DNA from: an uncultured Thermus sp.
Lineage (GTDB): Bacteria; Deinococcota; Deinococci; Deinococcales; Thermaceae
DNA: 64,000 nucleotides
NCBI GenBank assembly: GCA_947085095.1
Contig: CAMTVD010000035.1
Location: 30,035 to 94,034 of the forward strand
Direction of reading: 5' to 3'
Each line of letters begins with the position of its first letter. The first letter of the stretch is position 1. The position numbers and the translations under genes were made by a program. The notes under the pieces were generated by a model that worked only from the letters and a program-made list of their open reading frames with translations, made no database searches and had not been told where the DNA came from. Of the stretch, positions 17,246 to 30,786 are shown piece after piece.

Positions 17246-18268
17246 CTACTCCCCCTCTTCCTCGCTGGCGGAAAGCACCACCTCGCCCGCCCGTTCCAGC
17301 ACCTTGGCGCGAATCTCCTCCCGGAGCTCGGGGCGCTCCCTCAGGTACTCGGCCGCCTTCTCCTTGCCCTGGCCCAGGCGGTGCTCCCCGTAGGAGAACC
17401 AGGAGCCGGCCTTCTCAATGACGTTTGCGGCCACCGCCACGTTGACCAGGTCCATGATGGGGTCCAGACCCTTGCCGAAGTAGATCTCCAGCTCGGCCTC
17501 GCGGAAAGGAGGGGCCAGCTTGTTCTTCACCACCTTGACCTTGACCTTGATCCCCACGGCCTCGTTGCCCACCTTGATGGGCTGGCCGCTTTTGCGCACA
17601 TCCAGGCGCACGCTGGAGTAGAACTTGAGGGCCCTTCCCCCCGGGGTGGTCTCGGGGTTGCCGTACATGACCCCCACCTTCTCCCGCACCTGGTTGATGA
17701 AGATGGCGGCGGTGTTGCTCTTGGAGAGGACAGCGGTGAGCTTCCTCAGGGCCTGGCTCATGAGCCGGGCCTGGAGGCCCACGTGGGCATCCCCCATCTC
17801 CCCCTCAATCTCCGCCTTGGGCACCAGGGCGGCCACGGAGTCCACCACGATCACGTCCACCGCCCCCGAGCGGGCCAGGAGCTCCACGATCTCCAGGGCC
17901 TGCTCCCCGGTGTCCGGCTGGGAAACCAGGAGGTCCTCCACCTTGACCCCCAGCTTCCCCGCATAAAGGGGATCCAGGGCGTGCTCCGCGTCCACAAAGG
18001 CCGCCACCCCGCCCTGCTTCTGGGCCTGGGCGATGATGGTGAGGGCCAGGGTGGTCTTCCCCCCCGATTCCGGCCCGTAGATCTCCGTGACCCGCCCCCG
18101 GGGAATGCCCCCGATGCCCAGGGCCAGGTCCAGGCCCAAGGAGCCCGTGGGGATCACGTCCACCTGGAGCTTGGGCATCTCCCCCAGGCGCATGACCGCG
18201 CCCTTGCCGAACTCCTTCTCAATGGTCTTCAGCGCGTTCTCTAAGGCCTTCTTCTTGTTCTCGTCCAT
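17246..18268 (-). CDS. recA: Recombinase A
   Basis: [28 protein letters not shown] at 18268 preceded by GAGG. Confidence 0.99.
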   Translation of the reverse strand: MDENKKKALENALKTIEKEFGKGAVMRLGEMPKLQVDVIPTGSLGLDLALGIGGIPRGRVTEIYGPESGGKTTLALTIIAQAQKQGGVAAFVDAEHALDPLYAGKLGVKVEDLLVSQPDTGEQALEIVELLARSGAVDVIVVDSVAALVPKAEIEGEMGDAHVGLQARLMSQALRKLTAVLSKSNTAAIFINQVREKVGVMYGNPETTPGGRALKFYSSVRLDVRKSGQPIKVGNEAVGIKVKVKVVKNKLAPPFREAELEIYFGKGLDPIMDLVNVAVAANVIEKAGSWFSYGEHRLGQGKEKAAEYLRERPELREEIRAKVLERAGEVVLSASEEEGE

Positions 18269-18812
18269 GATCACCTCGCAAAGGAAATTTCTCCAGAATC
18301 GTGTAAACGGGTCCCCGGGGTTTGAGCTCTGAGCGCACCAGGGCGAACTCGGACACGGGCCAGCTGAGGCCGAAGACCAGCGGGGGGACCCTGGGGGCAG
18401 GGGCCTTGCGCCGGGCCAGGGTGATGTGGGGCTTGAAGGCCCTCTCCCCCTCCGCCTCCAAGGCCTCCTCCCCCAGAATCTCCTTCACCCCCTCCCGCAG
18501 GCCCTGGGCCAGGAGGGAAAACCCCTCCCCCTCGGCCTTGGCGAACCAGACCCTGGGCGCGCCCTCGTTGGGGAAGTAGCCGGTGCCCCGCAAGGAGGCG
18601 GTGAAGGGGGGCACCTTCCGTCCCAGGCGGTGGCCCAGGGCGATCAGGTCCTCGAGGTCCCCTTCAGGCCTTTCCCCCAGGAAGAGGAGGGTGAGGTGGA
18701 GCTGGTGGGGGGGGACCTCCTTCCAGCCCTTGTAGCGGGAAACCTTTTCCTGGGCGGCCACCAGGGCCCGCCTCACGTCCTCGGGTAGGAAAACCGCGTA
18801 GAAAAGCCTCAT
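18219..18812 (-). CDS. thpR: RNA 2',3'-cyclic phosphodiesterase (2'-5' RNA ligase)
   Basis: MRLFYAV start, two HxT motifs (HLTL, HITL); between cinA and recA. Confidence 0.93.
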   Translation of the reverse strand: MRLFYAVFLPEDVRRALVAAQEKVSRYKGWKEVPPHQLHLTLLFLGERPEGDLEDLIALGHRLGRKVPPFTASLRGTGYFPNEGAPRVWFAKAEGEGFSLLAQGLREGVKEILGEEALEAEGERAFKPHITLARRKAPAPRVPPLVFGLSWPVSEFALVRSELKPRGPVYTILEKFPLRGDHGREQEEGLRERAEDH

Positions 18813-19993
18813 GTCACCAGGAGGGCTAAGGCGGCGTACACGCTCCGAAGCCTCACCGCCTCCCGGTCCCCGGGGAAGCGGTACCGCCTGGCCTCCACCC
18901 CCTTGGGTCCGGCCAGGGCCACGTAGACCGTGCCCACAGCCTCCCCTTCCAGGGGGTCCGGCCCCGCCACGCCCGTGGTGGAAAGGGCGTAGGTGGACCC
19001 GAAAAGCGCCCGGGCGGCCTCCGCCATGGCCTTGGCCGTCTCGGCGGAGACCGTCTTGGCGAGGAGTTCCTCCGGCACACCGAAGCGGGCCTTGGCCCCT
19101 AGGGAATAGGATACCACGCCCCCCAGGAAGAAACGGCTGGCCCCGGGCACGCGGGTGATCTCCGCCCCCAAAAGCCCCCCGGTGAGGCTTTCCATGGTGG
19201 AAAGGGTGGCCCCCTCCAACTCCAGGCGCCTCTGCACCGCCTCGGCCAGGGTGAGCTCCCCTTCTCCCCAGACCTCCTTGATGAGCCTCTTCTTGATTTT
19301 CTCCGAGAGCTCGGCCACCAGGTCCTCCTGGCCCCGCACCACCACCTCCACCCCGTGGAGCTTGGGGTAGGTGCCCACCTCCACCGCCTCCCCCCGGAGG
19401 AAGAGATCCCCAAGCCGCTCCACGATCTCCGACTCCCCCACGCCCCAGGTCTTCAGCACCCGCTTGGCGTAGGCCCTTTTGGGCAGGGCCAGCCTGGGGA
19501 GCACCTCCTGCCACATGGGCCGCCACTCCGGGGGTGGACCCGGGAGGAGGACCAGGTCCTTGCCCGCTTTGCGCACCCACCAGCCGGGGGCGGTGCCGTG
19601 GGGGTTTTCCAGCCAGCGGGCCGAGGGGATCTTCAGGGCCTGTTTGCGGTTGGCCTCGGGCATGGGGCGGCCCCGGGCGCGGAAGAGGGCCTCAATCCGG
19701 GAAAGCACAGCCTCGTCCAGCTCCAAAGGCTCCCCCAGGGCCAGGGCCACCGCCTCCCGGGTCACGTCGTCGGGGGTGGGGCCCAGGCCCCCGGAGAGGA
19801 CCAGGAGGCGGGCCCGCTCCCAGGCCTCGGCCACCTCCCGGGCCAGGGGGGGGATCTCGTCCACCACCCTCAGGGTCCTCTCCACCTTGAGGGCGTAGGC
19901 CTCGAGGCTTCTGGCGATCTCCGCGGTGTTGGTGTCCAGGGTCTCCCCGTGGATGAGCTCCGTGCCTACGCCGATGATCTCTGCCCGCTCCAT
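18809..19993 (-). CDS. cinA: CinA family NMN deamidase-related protein
   Basis: [20 protein letters not shown]-terminal ESLTGG and TTGVAGP PncC domain. Confidence 0.95.
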   Translation of the reverse strand: MERAEIIGVGTELIHGETLDTNTAEIARSLEAYALKVERTLRVVDEIPPLAREVAEAWERARLLVLSGGLGPTPDDVTREAVALALGEPLELDEAVLSRIEALFRARGRPMPEANRKQALKIPSARWLENPHGTAPGWWVRKAGKDLVLLPGPPPEWRPMWQEVLPRLALPKRAYAKRVLKTWGVGESEIVERLGDLFLRGEAVEVGTYPKLHGVEVVVRGQEDLVAELSEKIKKRLIKEVWGEGELTLAEAVQRRLELEGATLSTMESLTGGLLGAEITRVPGASRFFLGGVVSYSLGAKARFGVPEELLAKTVSAETAKAMAEAARALFGSTYALSTTGVAGPDPLEGEAVGTVYVALAGPKGVEARRYRFPGDREAVRLRSVYAALALLVT

Positions 19994-20739
19994 AACGCCT
20001 CCTCAAAGGGATAGGCGAGGAGGAGGTACGCCCCCCCGCCCCCCGTCACCACCGTTCCCAAGGGCACCTCCTTGCGCACCAGCCCCAGGCCCAGATGGCC
20101 GAAGGGGGTTTCTTCCAGGCGCTTCACCGCCCCCACCCGCTTGCCCTCCAGGAAGAGCTCCCCCCTCTCCCCCGGCTCCAGGACCTCGAGGCCCACCAGG
20201 CGGTAGGGGACCTCCTTCCCCTCGGTGCGGGCCATGATCTCCTGGCCCACGTAGCACCCCTTGCCGTAGTCCACCAGGGGAAGAAGGCCCACGCTCTGGG
20301 GAAGCTCCCCGCGGATGTCCTCCAAAAGGGGAATCCCCTTGAGGAGGGCGTAGACGGGGAAGATCTCCGGAGGAAGCCCCCCTTCTCCCCTTTGGGCCAC
20401 CTCCTCCCGGCCGTCGGTGTGAAGGAGGCGGAAGAGGGGAAGCTCCTCTAGCTCCACCTGGTCAAAGATGATGTAGCGCTCCAGGCGCGCCTTCAGGCCC
20501 ATAAGGGTACCCCAAGGGGCCAGGAGAAAGCCCTCAGGGTGGGGAAAGAGGGTGGCGGCCTCCTCAATCTGGCCCTTATGGTTCAGGAAGAGGACCCCGG
20601 CGGGGCCCTGAAACCGCCCCAGGTCGCGGGTGGCCTGGCCCTGCAGGAAGCTGAAGGCATCGGGGCCCTTGAGGAGGAGAAGCCCGGGGAAGGCGAAGAA
20701 CCCTTCTCCGGCCAGGGCTTTTTTCAAGGCGTCCTCCAT
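19966..20739 (-). CDS. YgfZ/GcvT-like folate-binding protein
   Basis: KGCYVGQE signature, FLQGQAT; start could alternatively be 20748. Confidence 0.88.
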   Translation of the reverse strand: MEDALKKALAGEGFFAFPGLLLLKGPDAFSFLQGQATRDLGRFQGPAGVLFLNHKGQIEEAATLFPHPEGFLLAPWGTLMGLKARLERYIIFDQVELEELPLFRLLHTDGREEVAQRGEGGLPPEIFPVYALLKGIPLLEDIRGELPQSVGLLPLVDYGKGCYVGQEIMARTEGKEVPYRLVGLEVLEPGERGELFLEGKRVGAVKRLEETPFGHLGLGLVRKEVPLGTVVTGGGGAYLLLAYPFEEALWSGQRSSA

Positions 20740-20777
20740 GCTCCCCATTATTGACCAAAGGGTCAGCAAGGAGGAGA

Positions 20778-21818
20778 ATGGCGGACGTGCGCTTTTTCCT
20801 AGGGGCCTTCCTCTCCCTTTTCCTGGTGGGCGTGGTGGTGGCCTTACCCGGGGCCGCCCTTCCCCACTGGCGGAAAGCCTTCGGGGTGGAGGAGGAGGTT
20901 TCCTGGTTCTTCGCCGCCCTCCTCCTGGGGCTTTTCCTGGGAATCCGCCTGGCCCAAGGGGAACGGCGCCACCCCCTCTTTCCCGGGGCCCTCCTCCTCC
21001 TGGCCCTGGCCTTGTTGGGGGTGGCCCTGGCCGAAAGCTTCCTTTGGGTGGTGGCCCTGGCCTTTTTCCTGGGTCTGGCGGAAGGGGTCATGAACGTGCA
21101 CGGGAACAGCCTGGTGGGGGAGCTCTACCCCGAGCGCCGGGTGGAGCTGGTCAACCGGGTGAACGTGGGCTTCGGCCTGGGGGCGGTCTCCACCCCCTTG
21201 GCCCTCACCCTCCTGCCCTACGCCACCTTCCTCCTCCTGGCGGGCCTTTTGGCCCTCCTGGCCGCCCTTTTGGTCTGGGAGGCCCCGGCGGTGAAGAGCC
21301 TTCCCCGGGGAAGGGCCATGGGCCTCCTCCCCTTCCTCCTGGCCGTGGCCCTGTACACGGGCCTCGAGGGGGCCTTGGCCACCTGGAACCGGGTGTGGCT
21401 GGAGCGCCTGGGCCACGCCACGGCCACGGGCGGGGTCCTCCTCTCCCTTTACTGGCTCTTCCTGGCCCTGGGGAGGCTGTTTTTGGCCAGGCCGGTGGCG
21501 GAAAGACCCCTGGCCGCCCTGCGCGGCCTCCTCCTAGGGGTCCTTCTCCTCCTTCTCCTCAACCTCTTTCCCCCCACCGCCCTCCTCTTCCCCTTGGCGG
21601 GGTTTCTGCTGGGCCCCCTCTTCTCTACCCTCTTCGCCCTGGTCCAAACCCGCTTCGGCCACCGGGCCCTGGGGGGGCTCCTCTACGCCGGGGCGGCGGG
21701 GAGCACCCTGATCCCCGCCCTCTTCGCCCTCCTGCCCCTTCCAGGCATTCCCTTCGGGCTCCTCGGCCTCGCCCTGGGGCTCTTTCTCCTGGTAAGCGTT
21801 TTACAGAAGGATGCTTAG
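20778..21818 (+). CDS. MFS transporter
   Basis: About 12 hydrophobic segments; AGGAGG RBS before ATG 20778. Confidence 0.8.
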   Translation: MADVRFFLGAFLSLFLVGVVVALPGAALPHWRKAFGVEEEVSWFFAALLLGLFLGIRLAQGERRHPLFPGALLLLALALLGVALAESFLWVVALAFFLGLAEGVMNVHGNSLVGELYPERRVELVNRVNVGFGLGAVSTPLALTLLPYATFLLLAGLLALLAALLVWEAPAVKSLPRGRAMGLLPFLLAVALYTGLEGALATWNRVWLERLGHATATGGVLLSLYWLFLALGRLFLARPVAERPLAALRGLLLGVLLLLLLNLFPPTALLFPLAGFLLGPLFSTLFALVQTRFGHRALGGLLYAGAAGSTLIPALFALLPLPGIPFGLLGLALGLFLLVSVLQKDA

Positions 21819-22437
21819 GGCCCTCCTCTTTGACCTGGACGGCACCCTGGCGGACACCGATCCCCTGCACCTTTTGGCCTGGCGGGAGGTCCTGAGGCCC
21901 TTTGGCCTTCCGTTGGATCCCCCCTTCTACCGGGAGCGCATCTCGGGAAGGCTCAACCCCGAGATCGTGCGGGACCTCCTGGGGCTGGAGGGGGAAGAAG
22001 CCCAGGGGCTTATAGAGGCCAAAGAAGCTCGCTTCCGGGAGCTGGCCCAAGGCCTTAAGCCCACGCCGGGGCTTAGGGAGCTCCTGGGCCTGGCGCAAGG
22101 GAAGGGCCTCCTTTGGGGCGTGGTCACCAACGCCCCCAAGGAGAATGCCCGCCACGTGCTGAAGGCTCTGGGACTGGACCCGCCCCTCCTGGTCCTGGCC
22201 GAGGAAGTGGGCCGGGGCAAGCCCGACCCCCTCCCCTACCGGGTGGCCCTGGAGCGTCTGGGGGTGGGGCCGGAGGAGGCCCTGGCCTTTGAGGACTCTC
22301 CCTCCGGGGTAAGGAGCGCCGTGGGGGCGGGGATTAGGACCTATGCCCTCCTCACGGGGCACGAGGAGAAGGCGCTTCTCAAAGCAGGGGCCCAAGGGAC
22401 CCTGAAGGATTTCCGGGAAGCCCTAGGCCTCCTTTAG
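21811..22437 (+). CDS. HAD-superfamily phosphatase (beta-phosphoglucomutase-like)
   Basis: FDLDGTL, VVTN, KPDP, FEDS..G motifs. Confidence 0.9.
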   Translation: MLRALLFDLDGTLADTDPLHLLAWREVLRPFGLPLDPPFYRERISGRLNPEIVRDLLGLEGEEAQGLIEAKEARFRELAQGLKPTPGLRELLGLAQGKGLLWGVVTNAPKENARHVLKALGLDPPLLVLAEEVGRGKPDPLPYRVALERLGVGPEEALAFEDSPSGVRSAVGAGIRTYALLTGHEEKALLKAGAQGTLKDFREALGLL

Positions 22438-23508
22438 GGCGTACTTGAGGAAAGCCGCCTCGTCAAAGCGGGCCTCTACCAGGTCCTCCCAGTAGAGCCA
22501 CCCCTCGCGGAAGGCGGGGAAGTCCAGAAATCCTCCCTCTGCCTTGAGGTGGAAGGCCAGCTCGTTGGGCTCCGTGACCCCCTGCTGGAAGGCGAGGAGG
22601 GCGGACTGGTAGGCCCCGAAACTGCTCTGGGCCTGGCTTCCCACCATGGCCCGTTTGCCCTTCTCCCGGGCCAGGGAGAGCATCTCCAGGGTCCAGGTGG
22701 CCCCGGTGCGGGCGGGCTTGAGGTTCAGGATGTCAAAGGTGTCCAGGAGAAGCTCCCGCCTGAGGTCCTTCGGGGTCATGGCGCTGTCGTCGGCGATGAG
22801 GGGGAGGACCTTCTTCTCCCTTAGCCGCCTCCTGGCCTCCACCTCCTCTATGGGCAGGGGCTCTTCCACGTAGAGGAGGCCAAGCTCCTTCCAGGCCTGG
22901 AGGTAGGCCTCCGCCTCCTTGGGGTTCAGGGCCTCGTTGGCATCGGCGTAGAGGTCCACCTCGGGGAAGGCCTCCTTGAGGCGCTGGATCCGCTCCGTGT
23001 CCCCCTTTAGGTCCCGCCCCACCTTGACCTTGAAGACCCGAACCCCCGCCTCGTAGGCCATGCGGGCGTCTTCCAGCACCTCTTCCTCGGAGGAGAGGCC
23101 CAGGATGTAGGCCACCCGCACCCGGTGCTTGGCGGGCTTCAAGACCCGGTAAAGCTCCTCCCCCTCGCTCCTAGCCCAGGCCTCCCAGAGGGCCAGGTCC
23201 AGGGCTCCTTTTAGGGCGTGGTTGCAGGGGAAGCTCTCCAGCACAGCGCGGATGGCCTCCTGGTCATCGGCCTCGAGGCCCAGAAGCTTAGGCCTCAGGT
23301 AGGCGAGCCCCCCAGCCACGCTTCCCCAGGTCTCCCCATAGATGGTGGGCCTGATGGCCACCTCAGCCCGGCCCAGGGAGCCCTCGGAAAGCTCCACCTC
23401 CAGAAGGGCGTGCTCCAGGGCCGCCATCTCCGAGGCCTTCCCCCAGCGCAAGGGGGTCTTCAAGGGAATGCGGAAAGGGATGAGGCGAAGCTCCTTTATG
23501 GTCGCCAT
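22423..23508 (-). CDS. Enolase superfamily (muconate-lactonizing/dipeptide epimerase-like) enzyme
   Basis: KVKVG, DANE, EEP, ADDS, NLK motifs; ATG 23508 is 7 nt after TAGAAT. Confidence 0.85.
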   Translation of the reverse strand: MATIKELRLIPFRIPLKTPLRWGKASEMAALEHALLEVELSEGSLGRAEVAIRPTIYGETWGSVAGGLAYLRPKLLGLEADDQEAIRAVLESFPCNHALKGALDLALWEAWARSEGEELYRVLKPAKHRVRVAYILGLSSEEEVLEDARMAYEAGVRVFKVKVGRDLKGDTERIQRLKEAFPEVDLYADANEALNPKEAEAYLQAWKELGLLYVEEPLPIEEVEARRRLREKKVLPLIADDSAMTPKDLRRELLLDTFDILNLKPARTGATWTLEMLSLAREKGKRAMVGSQAQSSFGAYQSALLAFQQGVTEPNELAFHLKAEGGFLDFPAFREGWLYWEDLVEARFDEAAFLKYALKEA

Positions 23509-23518
23509 AAGGCCCATT

Positions 23519-24232
23519 CTAGAAGCCCTGGCCCCGGAGAAACTCCCGAACCGCCCGAAGCTCCGCCTCCAGGTCCATAACCTCCGTGTCCAGGACCAGG
23601 GCCCGGGGGTGGCCCCTTAGGAGGCGCAGGGGGCCTTCCGGGTCATAGTTCTTCTTCTCCTCGGCCACGATCTTGAGCTTGGCCAAGACCTCCTCCACCG
23701 GGGCCAGGGCCAGGGCCTCGGCGAGCTCCTCCGGGGAGAGGACCCCCTGGGCGAGCTCATGGAGCCTCCCGGCCTCCTCCGGGGAGAGGGCCACCCGGTC
23801 AAAGGCGTCCTGGCGGGTGAGGAGGCGCTTTAAGCGGGTGATCTCCCGGGCCTGCAGGACCACGAAAAAGGCCTTGGGCAGGTGCTCCAGGGCAAAGGCC
23901 ACCTCCTTCTCCCCCCTGAGGCCGTCAAAGAGGAGAAGGGGCTTGGGAACCACGTACCCCCGGTAGAGGACCTCGGCCACACCCCCCGGGAACTCTTCCC
24001 GGAAGCGCCGGGTGAGGCGGAAGCGCTCCTCCCGGGGAATGGGGGGCTTGGCCCCATAGCGGGGGAGGACGTAGCGGTCCACGAGCTCCCTGCGGTCGGG
24101 AAGCCGGGGCAGGTCCAGGGCCCTCGCCAGGGTGCTCTTCCCCACCCCCGTGAGGCCCACCAGGATGAGGAGGGGAGCCTCCCGGGCAGGAAGGAGGCCG
24201 GGAAGGGGGTCCAGGGCAAAAAGGGCGCTCAC
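23519..24232 (-). CDS. P-loop NTPase/kinase-like hypothetical protein
   Basis: LVGLTGVGKST Walker A, LLFDGLR Walker B-like. Confidence 0.75.
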   Translation of the reverse strand: MSALFALDPLPGLLPAREAPLLILVGLTGVGKSTLARALDLPRLPDRRELVDRYVLPRYGAKPPIPREERFRLTRRFREEFPGGVAEVLYRGYVVPKPLLLFDGLRGEKEVAFALEHLPKAFFVVLQAREITRLKRLLTRQDAFDRVALSPEEAGRLHELAQGVLSPEELAEALALAPVEEVLAKLKIVAEEKKNYDPEGPLRLLRGHPRALVLDTEVMDLEAELRAVREFLRGQGF

Positions 24233-24264
24233 GGCCCCATGGTACCTGGTATGATAGCGGGGAT

Positions 24265-24756
24265 ATGAAGCGCCTTCTTGCCACCCTCGGCCTTCTCCTC
24301 GGCCTGGCCCTGGCCCAGGCCCCGGCCTACCCGGAGAACACCGCAGGCTTCGGCTATAGCCCCGACAAGGGCTTCTACCTGCAGGGGAGCCTGGTCCTGC
24401 CCGTGAGCCCCTTGGGGATAGATACCGGCCTGGACGCCCAGGTCCTCCTCTCCCAAAGCCCCGAAGTCCACACCCTCCTCAAGGCCAACCTCTTCCCGGG
24501 GCTGATCCTTGGGGACTTCTACACCTCCTTCGGCCTGGGCCTGGACCTCCGCTACCCCTTCGGGGTCCACCTGGGGCCCTTGGTGAGCCTCGAGGTCCCC
24601 GGCGGGGCCCTCTCCGGCTTCCTGGGCCTGGGGTACCAGGCGGGCTTCCACCTCGCCTGGGGGGCGGGCTTCCGCCTCTATCTGGAACCCTTGGCCCTGG
24701 AGATCTCCGCCTCGGACCGCTACCCCTTCCTCCTCGCCCTCCTCTACCTCTGGTAG
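24265..24756 (+). CDS. Secreted, probable small outer-membrane beta-barrel protein
   Basis: Signal peptide (LALA/Q), Gly/aromatic alternating strands, C-terminal LYLW. Confidence 0.6.
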   Translation: MKRLLATLGLLLGLALAQAPAYPENTAGFGYSPDKGFYLQGSLVLPVSPLGIDTGLDAQVLLSQSPEVHTLLKANLFPGLILGDFYTSFGLGLDLRYPFGVHLGPLVSLEVPGGALSGFLGLGYQAGFHLAWGAGFRLYLEPLALEISASDRYPFLLALLYLW

Positions 24757-24760
24757 CCCC

Positions 24761-25600
24761 GTGCGGCGGAAGCTTCCCCTCGCCCTCTTCTCCCTCCCGG
24801 CCCTCCTCACCCTAGGAGTCTTCGTCCTCTACCCCTTCTTGGACGTTATCCGCTTCTCCGCCTGGGACTGGTCCGGCCTCTCCGAGCCCAAACCGGTGGG
24901 CCTCAAGAACTACCAGGACCTCCTCCAGGACCCCGCCTTCTGGGGTAGCCTCTGGGTCACCCTGAAGTTCATGCTCCTGGCCCTGCCCCTCTTCGTGGGG
25001 CTCTCCTTGGCCCTGGCCGTGGCCCTGGAAGGGGCCCCTTACGAGCGCTTCGCCAAAAGCCTCCTTTTCCTCCCCGGCCTGGTGACCCTGGGTGGGGCCA
25101 CCCTGAGCTGGTACACCCTCTTCACCCCCGAGTACGGGGCCCTGGCCCAGTTCCTCCCCATCCCCCCCTGGGACCGGGAGGGGTTCTGGGCCCTGGTCAT
25201 GGTGGTCCTCTTCACCCTGTGGCGGCACCTGGGCTACGGGGTCCTGGTGGCCTCCGCCCGGCTCAAGGCCATCCCCAAGACCCTCCTCGAGGCCGCCTAC
25301 GTGGACGGGGCGGGGCCATGGGAGGCCTTCCGCCACGTGGTCCTGCCCCTCATGCGCCCCGCGGTGCTCTTCCTGGTGGTGGTGGGGACCATCCTCTCCC
25401 TGCAGTCCTACGCCGCCGTCTTCCTCCTCACCCGGGGCGGGCCCTACGGGGCCACCCGGGTCCTGGGCTACTACCTCTACGAAACGGGGTTTGAGAACTT
25501 CCGCCTGGGCTACGCCGCGGCGGTCACCGTGGTCATCCTCCTCCTCACCCTCCTCTTCGCCTACGCCCAGCTCAGGCTCCTCCGTCACGGGGAGGAGTAG
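24761..25600 (+). CDS. Carbohydrate ABC transporter permease (MalF-like)
   Basis: VGLKNY, EAAYVDGA EAA loop, LTRGGP, GYAAA. Confidence 0.9.
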   Translation: MRRKLPLALFSLPALLTLGVFVLYPFLDVIRFSAWDWSGLSEPKPVGLKNYQDLLQDPAFWGSLWVTLKFMLLALPLFVGLSLALAVALEGAPYERFAKSLLFLPGLVTLGGATLSWYTLFTPEYGALAQFLPIPPWDREGFWALVMVVLFTLWRHLGYGVLVASARLKAIPKTLLEAAYVDGAGPWEAFRHVVLPLMRPAVLFLVVVGTILSLQSYAAVFLLTRGGPYGATRVLGYYLYETGFENFRLGYAAAVTVVILLLTLLFAYAQLRLLRHGEE

Positions 25601-26598
25601 CGGTGGCGGGCCAGATCCCGCAGGTGCCCCTCAAAGTCGGTGTTCAGGAAGATCCTGCCCCTAGCGTGGAAGAAGTAGAGGTAAGGGCGGCCCTTTTCGT
25701 CGGTGCGTACGGGGTTGAGGACCGCCAGGAGGGCCGCCCGCCCGGGGTTGGCGATGGGCCCTGGGGGGAGGCCCCGGTAGCGGTAGGTGTTGTAGGGGGA
25801 GTCCACGGCGAAGTCCCCGGCGGGGCGGGAGAGCTCAGGGAGGCTTTTGCCCAAGGCGTAAGCCACGGTGGGGTCCGCCTGCAGGGGCATCTCCCTCTCT
25901 AGCCGGTTCAGGAAGACCCCGGCGATCTTGGGCATCTCCTCCTCCCTTCCCGCCTCCACCTGGACGATGGAGGCCAGGGTCACCCAGGCGTGGACGGAAA
26001 GCCCCCGCTCCTGCAAAAGCCTCCGCACCGGGGGGGTGAGCTCCGCCTCAAAGCGGCGGAGCATGGCCCGCACCACCTCCTCCGGGGTGGCCAGGAGGTC
26101 AAAGGTGTAGGTGGCGGGGAAGAGGTAGCCCTCTAAGGTCCTCCCCTCCACATAAGGGGGCTTCAAAGCCCCGGGGCCTTCCACCAGGCGCAGGAAGCCC
26201 TCCCCGTCCAGCCCCGCCCCGGAAAGCCTTCTGACGTAGTCCACCGCCCTTTCCCCCTCGGGGAAGGTGAGGGTCACGGCGAGGGGCCTCTTTTCCCCGG
26301 TGAGGGCCCGGGCCAGGCGGAAGGCCCCCTCCCCCTCGAGGCGGTAGACCCCGGGCACAAGGCGCCTTTCCCGGCCGGAGAAGCGGAGGTAGGCGGAAAA
26401 GAGGTAGGCGGAGCGGAGAAGCCCCGCCTCCTCCAGGATCCGGGCCGCATCCACCCCCTTCGCCCCCCTGGGGATGCGCACCACCGCCTCCTTCCCCGTG
26501 GGGCCCAAGAGCCAAAGGGCGTAGAGGAGGAGAAGGGCGAAGGTGAGGAAGAAAACCCAAACCCCCCGCCAAAGCCACGCCCTAGAGCCTTCGGGCAA
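25585..26598 (-). CDS. mltG: Endolytic transglycosylase MltG
   Basis: [42 protein letters not shown]. Confidence 0.93.
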   Translation of the reverse strand: MPEGSRAWLWRGVWVFFLTFALLLLYALWLLGPTGKEAVVRIPRGAKGVDAARILEEAGLLRSAYLFSAYLRFSGRERRLVPGVYRLEGEGAFRLARALTGEKRPLAVTLTFPEGERAVDYVRRLSGAGLDGEGFLRLVEGPGALKPPYVEGRTLEGYLFPATYTFDLLATPEEVVRAMLRRFEAELTPPVRRLLQERGLSVHAWVTLASIVQVEAGREEEMPKIAGVFLNRLEREMPLQADPTVAYALGKSLPELSRPAGDFAVDSPYNTYRYRGLPPGPIANPGRAALLAVLNPVRTDEKGRPYLYFFHARGRIFLNTDFEGHLRDLARHRYSSP

Positions 26599-26989
26599 GG
26601 TACCCCTCCAGAAGGACCACAGCGCTCATCTCGTCCAGCTTGCCCTTATCCCGCCGCACCCGCTTGGGAGCGTGCTGAAGGCGGGCCAGGGCCGCCTGGG
26701 TGGTGTAGCGCTCGTCCAAGAGTTCCACCTCCACCCCCCTCGCCCTCAAGGCCTCCACCAGGGGGAGGACCCGCCCCGCCTGGGCGCTTTCCCTCATATC
26801 CGTGCGCAGGGGAAGGCCCACGATGAGCTTGGATAGCCCCTCCCGGCGCACGAAGTCCAGAAGGGCCTCCACGTCCTCTTCCAGGCCCCGGCGCACCAGG
26901 TACCCCCGGCCGAAGGCAAAGGGAAGGCCTTCCTCCCCCACGGCCAGGCCGATCCGGGCCTCCCCCACGTCAAGCGCGCCCACCCGCAT
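26582..26989 (-). CDS. ruvX: YqgF/RuvX pre-16S rRNA nuclease / Holliday junction resolvase-like protein
   Basis: [22 protein letters not shown]; alaS-ruvX-mltG synteny. Confidence 0.92.
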   Translation of the reverse strand: MRVGALDVGEARIGLAVGEEGLPFAFGRGYLVRRGLEEDVEALLDFVRREGLSKLIVGLPLRTDMRESAQAGRVLPLVEALRARGVEVELLDERYTTQAALARLQHAPKRVRRDKGKLDEMSAVVLLEGYLARRL

Positions 26990-27656
26990 AGCGCACGCTT
27001 CGGTCCGCCAGGGCCACCCCCAGGTAGAGGAGGGTGATTCCCAGGGCCCGCCCCACCTCCTCCAGGCCCACCACCCCGAAGCGGTTCAGGGTACTGGTGG
27101 AGGCCAGGATGAGGGCGGCGAGGAAGATGAGGGCCGTGCCCTGAGCCCTCATGGGGTTCCTGCGCCAGAAGAGGAGGGTGGTGTAGAGGGCCACCCCCGC
27201 CAGGAGGAGCGTACCCAGGAGGTTGAAGGGGATGGTCCAGAGCCGGGGGGAGGTGAGGCTTGGGGGCGGGAAGGCGGCCCCGGAGGGGGTGTAGGGCTCG
27301 GGGAGCCGGGCGAAGTCCAGGGGGGCCGAGGCCACCAGATAAAAGCCGTAGAGGATCAAGGGGGAAAGGAGGAAAAGAAGCCCCCGGGCGGCCTTGGGGT
27401 TCAGGAGGGCCAGGCTCCCCAGGCCCAAAAAGGTCACCCCGTGCATGGCCCCGGTGAAGTACCAGAGGCGGTAGAGGAAGGGGTCCCAGGCCCCTAGGAG
27501 CCGGGAGACCAGCTCCGCGGACACCGCCAGGGCGAAGAAGAGAAGCCCCAGGCTGTAGAGGGCGTTGTGCAGCGAGGGCCGTTTCCGGTAGCGGCCAAAG
27601 GTGAGGGCGAAGAGGCCCCAGGAGAGGGCCACCGCCAAAGCGCTGAGGAGGATCAT
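26970..27656 (-). CDS. Hypothetical multi-pass membrane protein
   Basis: About 7 hydrophobic helices; native codon usage; TAAAAT 6 nt before ATG. Confidence 0.75.
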   Translation of the reverse strand: MILLSALAVALSWGLFALTFGRYRKRPSLHNALYSLGLLFFALAVSAELVSRLLGAWDPFLYRLWYFTGAMHGVTFLGLGSLALLNPKAARGLLFLLSPLILYGFYLVASAPLDFARLPEPYTPSGAAFPPPSLTSPRLWTIPFNLLGTLLLAGVALYTTLLFWRRNPMRAQGTALIFLAALILASTSTLNRFGVVGLEEVGRALGITLLYLGVALADRSVRYAGGRA

Positions 27657-27665
27657 GCCCCTATT

Positions 27666-30314
<2,649 letters not shown>

Positions 30315-30466
30315 GGCTTTGATTATAGGGTCTGGACCCACGAAGCGGGCGATCCGGACCCTGGCCTCGAGGGAGCAAGCCCGAACAGCCTCCCGGGCCT
30401 CCCCCCGGACCCGGAAGCCGCAGAGGGCGGCCTCCCGCACGCCGCTTGATGCCTTAAACTTAGCCC

Positions 30467-30742
30467 ATGAAGGTTCAGATGCGCCGCTACACCCTGAAGG
30501 AAGGGGCCAGGGAGGCTTTCCAGAAGGTCTTTTTGGAGACCATCGTCCCCCTGCGCCGGGCCCTGGGCTTCCAGGTCCTCGGGGCCTACTGGCTCTCGGA
30601 GCGGGAGTTCTTGTGGTTCGTGGGCCACGAGAACTTTGAGGAGGCGGAAAAGGCCTACTACGAGCATCCCGAACGGCAAAAGGTGAGGCCCCAGGAGTTC
30701 CTGGAGGCGATAGACACCCGCTTCGTGGAACGCCTCTTGTAG
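30467..30742 (+). CDS. NIPSNAP-like small protein
   Basis: RRYTLKEG...GFQVLGAY...YYEHPER ferredoxin-like pattern. Confidence 0.65.
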   Translation: MKVQMRRYTLKEGAREAFQKVFLETIVPLRRALGFQVLGAYWLSEREFLWFVGHENFEEAEKAYYEHPERQKVRPQEFLEAIDTRFVERLL

Positions 30743-30786
30743 CCCCGGCCACGCCAGAGCCCTCCCCCCGGGGTAAGCTTGGGGGG

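Noticed and set aside
18813..19580. Apparent 453-aa fusion upstream of thpR
   Set aside because: Alternate frame of cinA; thpR starts at ATG 18812, overlapping the cinA stop
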